This document shows, one piece after another, positions 62,498 to 64,000 of a stretch of 64,000 bases of DNA. Below the pieces are notes generated by a model. That model was not told the DNA's origin and did not search any database. It saw nothing but the letters and a program-made list of their open reading frames with translations. The translations under genes were made by a program, and so were the position numbers. How positions within the stretch are numbered: the stretch's first letter is position 1; each line of letters starts with the position of its first letter. Source of the DNA: the human T2T-CHM13v2.0 reference genome, Homo sapiens; assembly GCF_009914755.1 (NCBI RefSeq), contig NC_060929.1; one strand, 5' to 3'.

Positions 62498-62980
62498 ATC
62501 TTAATAAATCTCCATTATATCTTGATAAAAGTATGTAAAATTTATCTCAGAAATAAAAAAGTTTAAAAAATGCAAACAAGCGAACGTAAGCTAATTATTA
62601 AATAAAAGGTGAAGCTGAACCGATTGGGGATGAAATGGAAAGTTTTCTAGACTTATTTCATAGACTGCCATATAACATTGTAAGGATATTATTATGATGA
62701 TAATTTAGTTATATTATAATTTAGTTTAGTCATTTTCTTATTTTATTGAAAAGACTATACCTACAAGGGTGTGTCATACAGAAGCAATCTTTTCAGTCAG
62801 ACTGAGAGCTGGGCATGCCAGCAACAAGGAGCCTATAAAAGTCTTACACCTGAACGAAAAAAGTAATACTGTCTAATGTGGAGTAACTGATTAGGTAGAA
62901 TTCCCAAATCAGTCAATATTTAAATGCAGAGTAGGGAGAATTAACAAATTTAGTTAGTAAAAGAGTTAAGGTTTAAACTT

Positions 62981-63298
<318 letters not shown>

Positions 63299-64000
63299 TT
63301 AGTCAACTAACTGTGCAGATATTTAAGACTACTCATGTTGTTGTAATATACATTATTTTCAAACTTGGGATAAGAGCAGTATTAGACTCTTTATCCTCAA
63401 GATATTTCTAGATCATTTGGGCAAAATGAGATTGGACATAAAAGATAACTTTAACAAAACTAATTAGTATGTATCTTGAAGTTATATTACAAATGGCAAT
63501 TTATTTTTACTGAATTACCTAGATTTTTAAAGTAAGTTTGTAAGAGTATTTTTGGCCTGAGTTATCTGGATACCATTATGATTCAGTTTTTCTTGCTTAC
63601 TTCCCTTATTTTAACTTCCCTCAATTTTTGACTCCCAGCAGCCCAACTTTTAGCTGTTCTCATTGATCACATTATGCAGATATCTTACCAATATCCAATT
63701 TACTTTGTTCCTCATGGACAAAATATAAATGACACTTCTTTAAGGTCACAGTTAGCTGATGTAAAAGACTAATTATTTTAGTTCCATTTTCTCTTCAGTG
63801 TAAATCCAAATCATGCTCCAGGCAATTTAAAAAAATCTGCTGAGAGTAGAGAGAGGTTGAGTGTCCTCATGCAGCTATGTCCAAAACCAGTCCTCTATCA
63901 GCTGCTGAAGGGCAGCTTAGGCTGCCTGGAGGCCAGGGAGCCCAGCATGGAACAATGGCAGGAAAATAGAGTTCCCTTCATTCCTTAATTCACATGCAAG

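Overview
This is human (hominid) euchromatic DNA lying wholly inside the minus-strand gene FAM172A/ARB2A (Arb2-domain cotranscriptional regulator next to NR2F1, 5q15). Two canonical GT-AG coding exons, neither captured by the ORF track, were read directly: 28450-28566 ([39 protein letters not shown]) and 20224-20308 ([28 protein letters not shown]+G). Everything else is intron. Bases 1-16.6 kb are a nested LINE-1 pile: an L1PB1-like element split by a full-length L1PA4-like element and an AluY, followed by a truncated L1PA3-like copy. An ERVL/MaLR/Tigger cluster follows, then long AT-rich unique stretches with mostly ancient repeats, and a young AluYg6-like insertion near the end. The long ORFs in the track are mostly decayed L1 ORF1/ORF2 pieces or Alu read-throughs. 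I found no RNA gene, CRISPR array or novel multi-gene system. The best leads are an open, extended L1 ORF0 whose first splice donor is phase-matched to the host gene, a TSD-flanked 5'-only L1, a compact CCAAT/octamer/TATA/Inr promoter-like module antisense to the gene, and several fold-back palindromes. Repeat subfamily names come from remembered consensus sequences, and repeat boundaries without a TSD are approximate.
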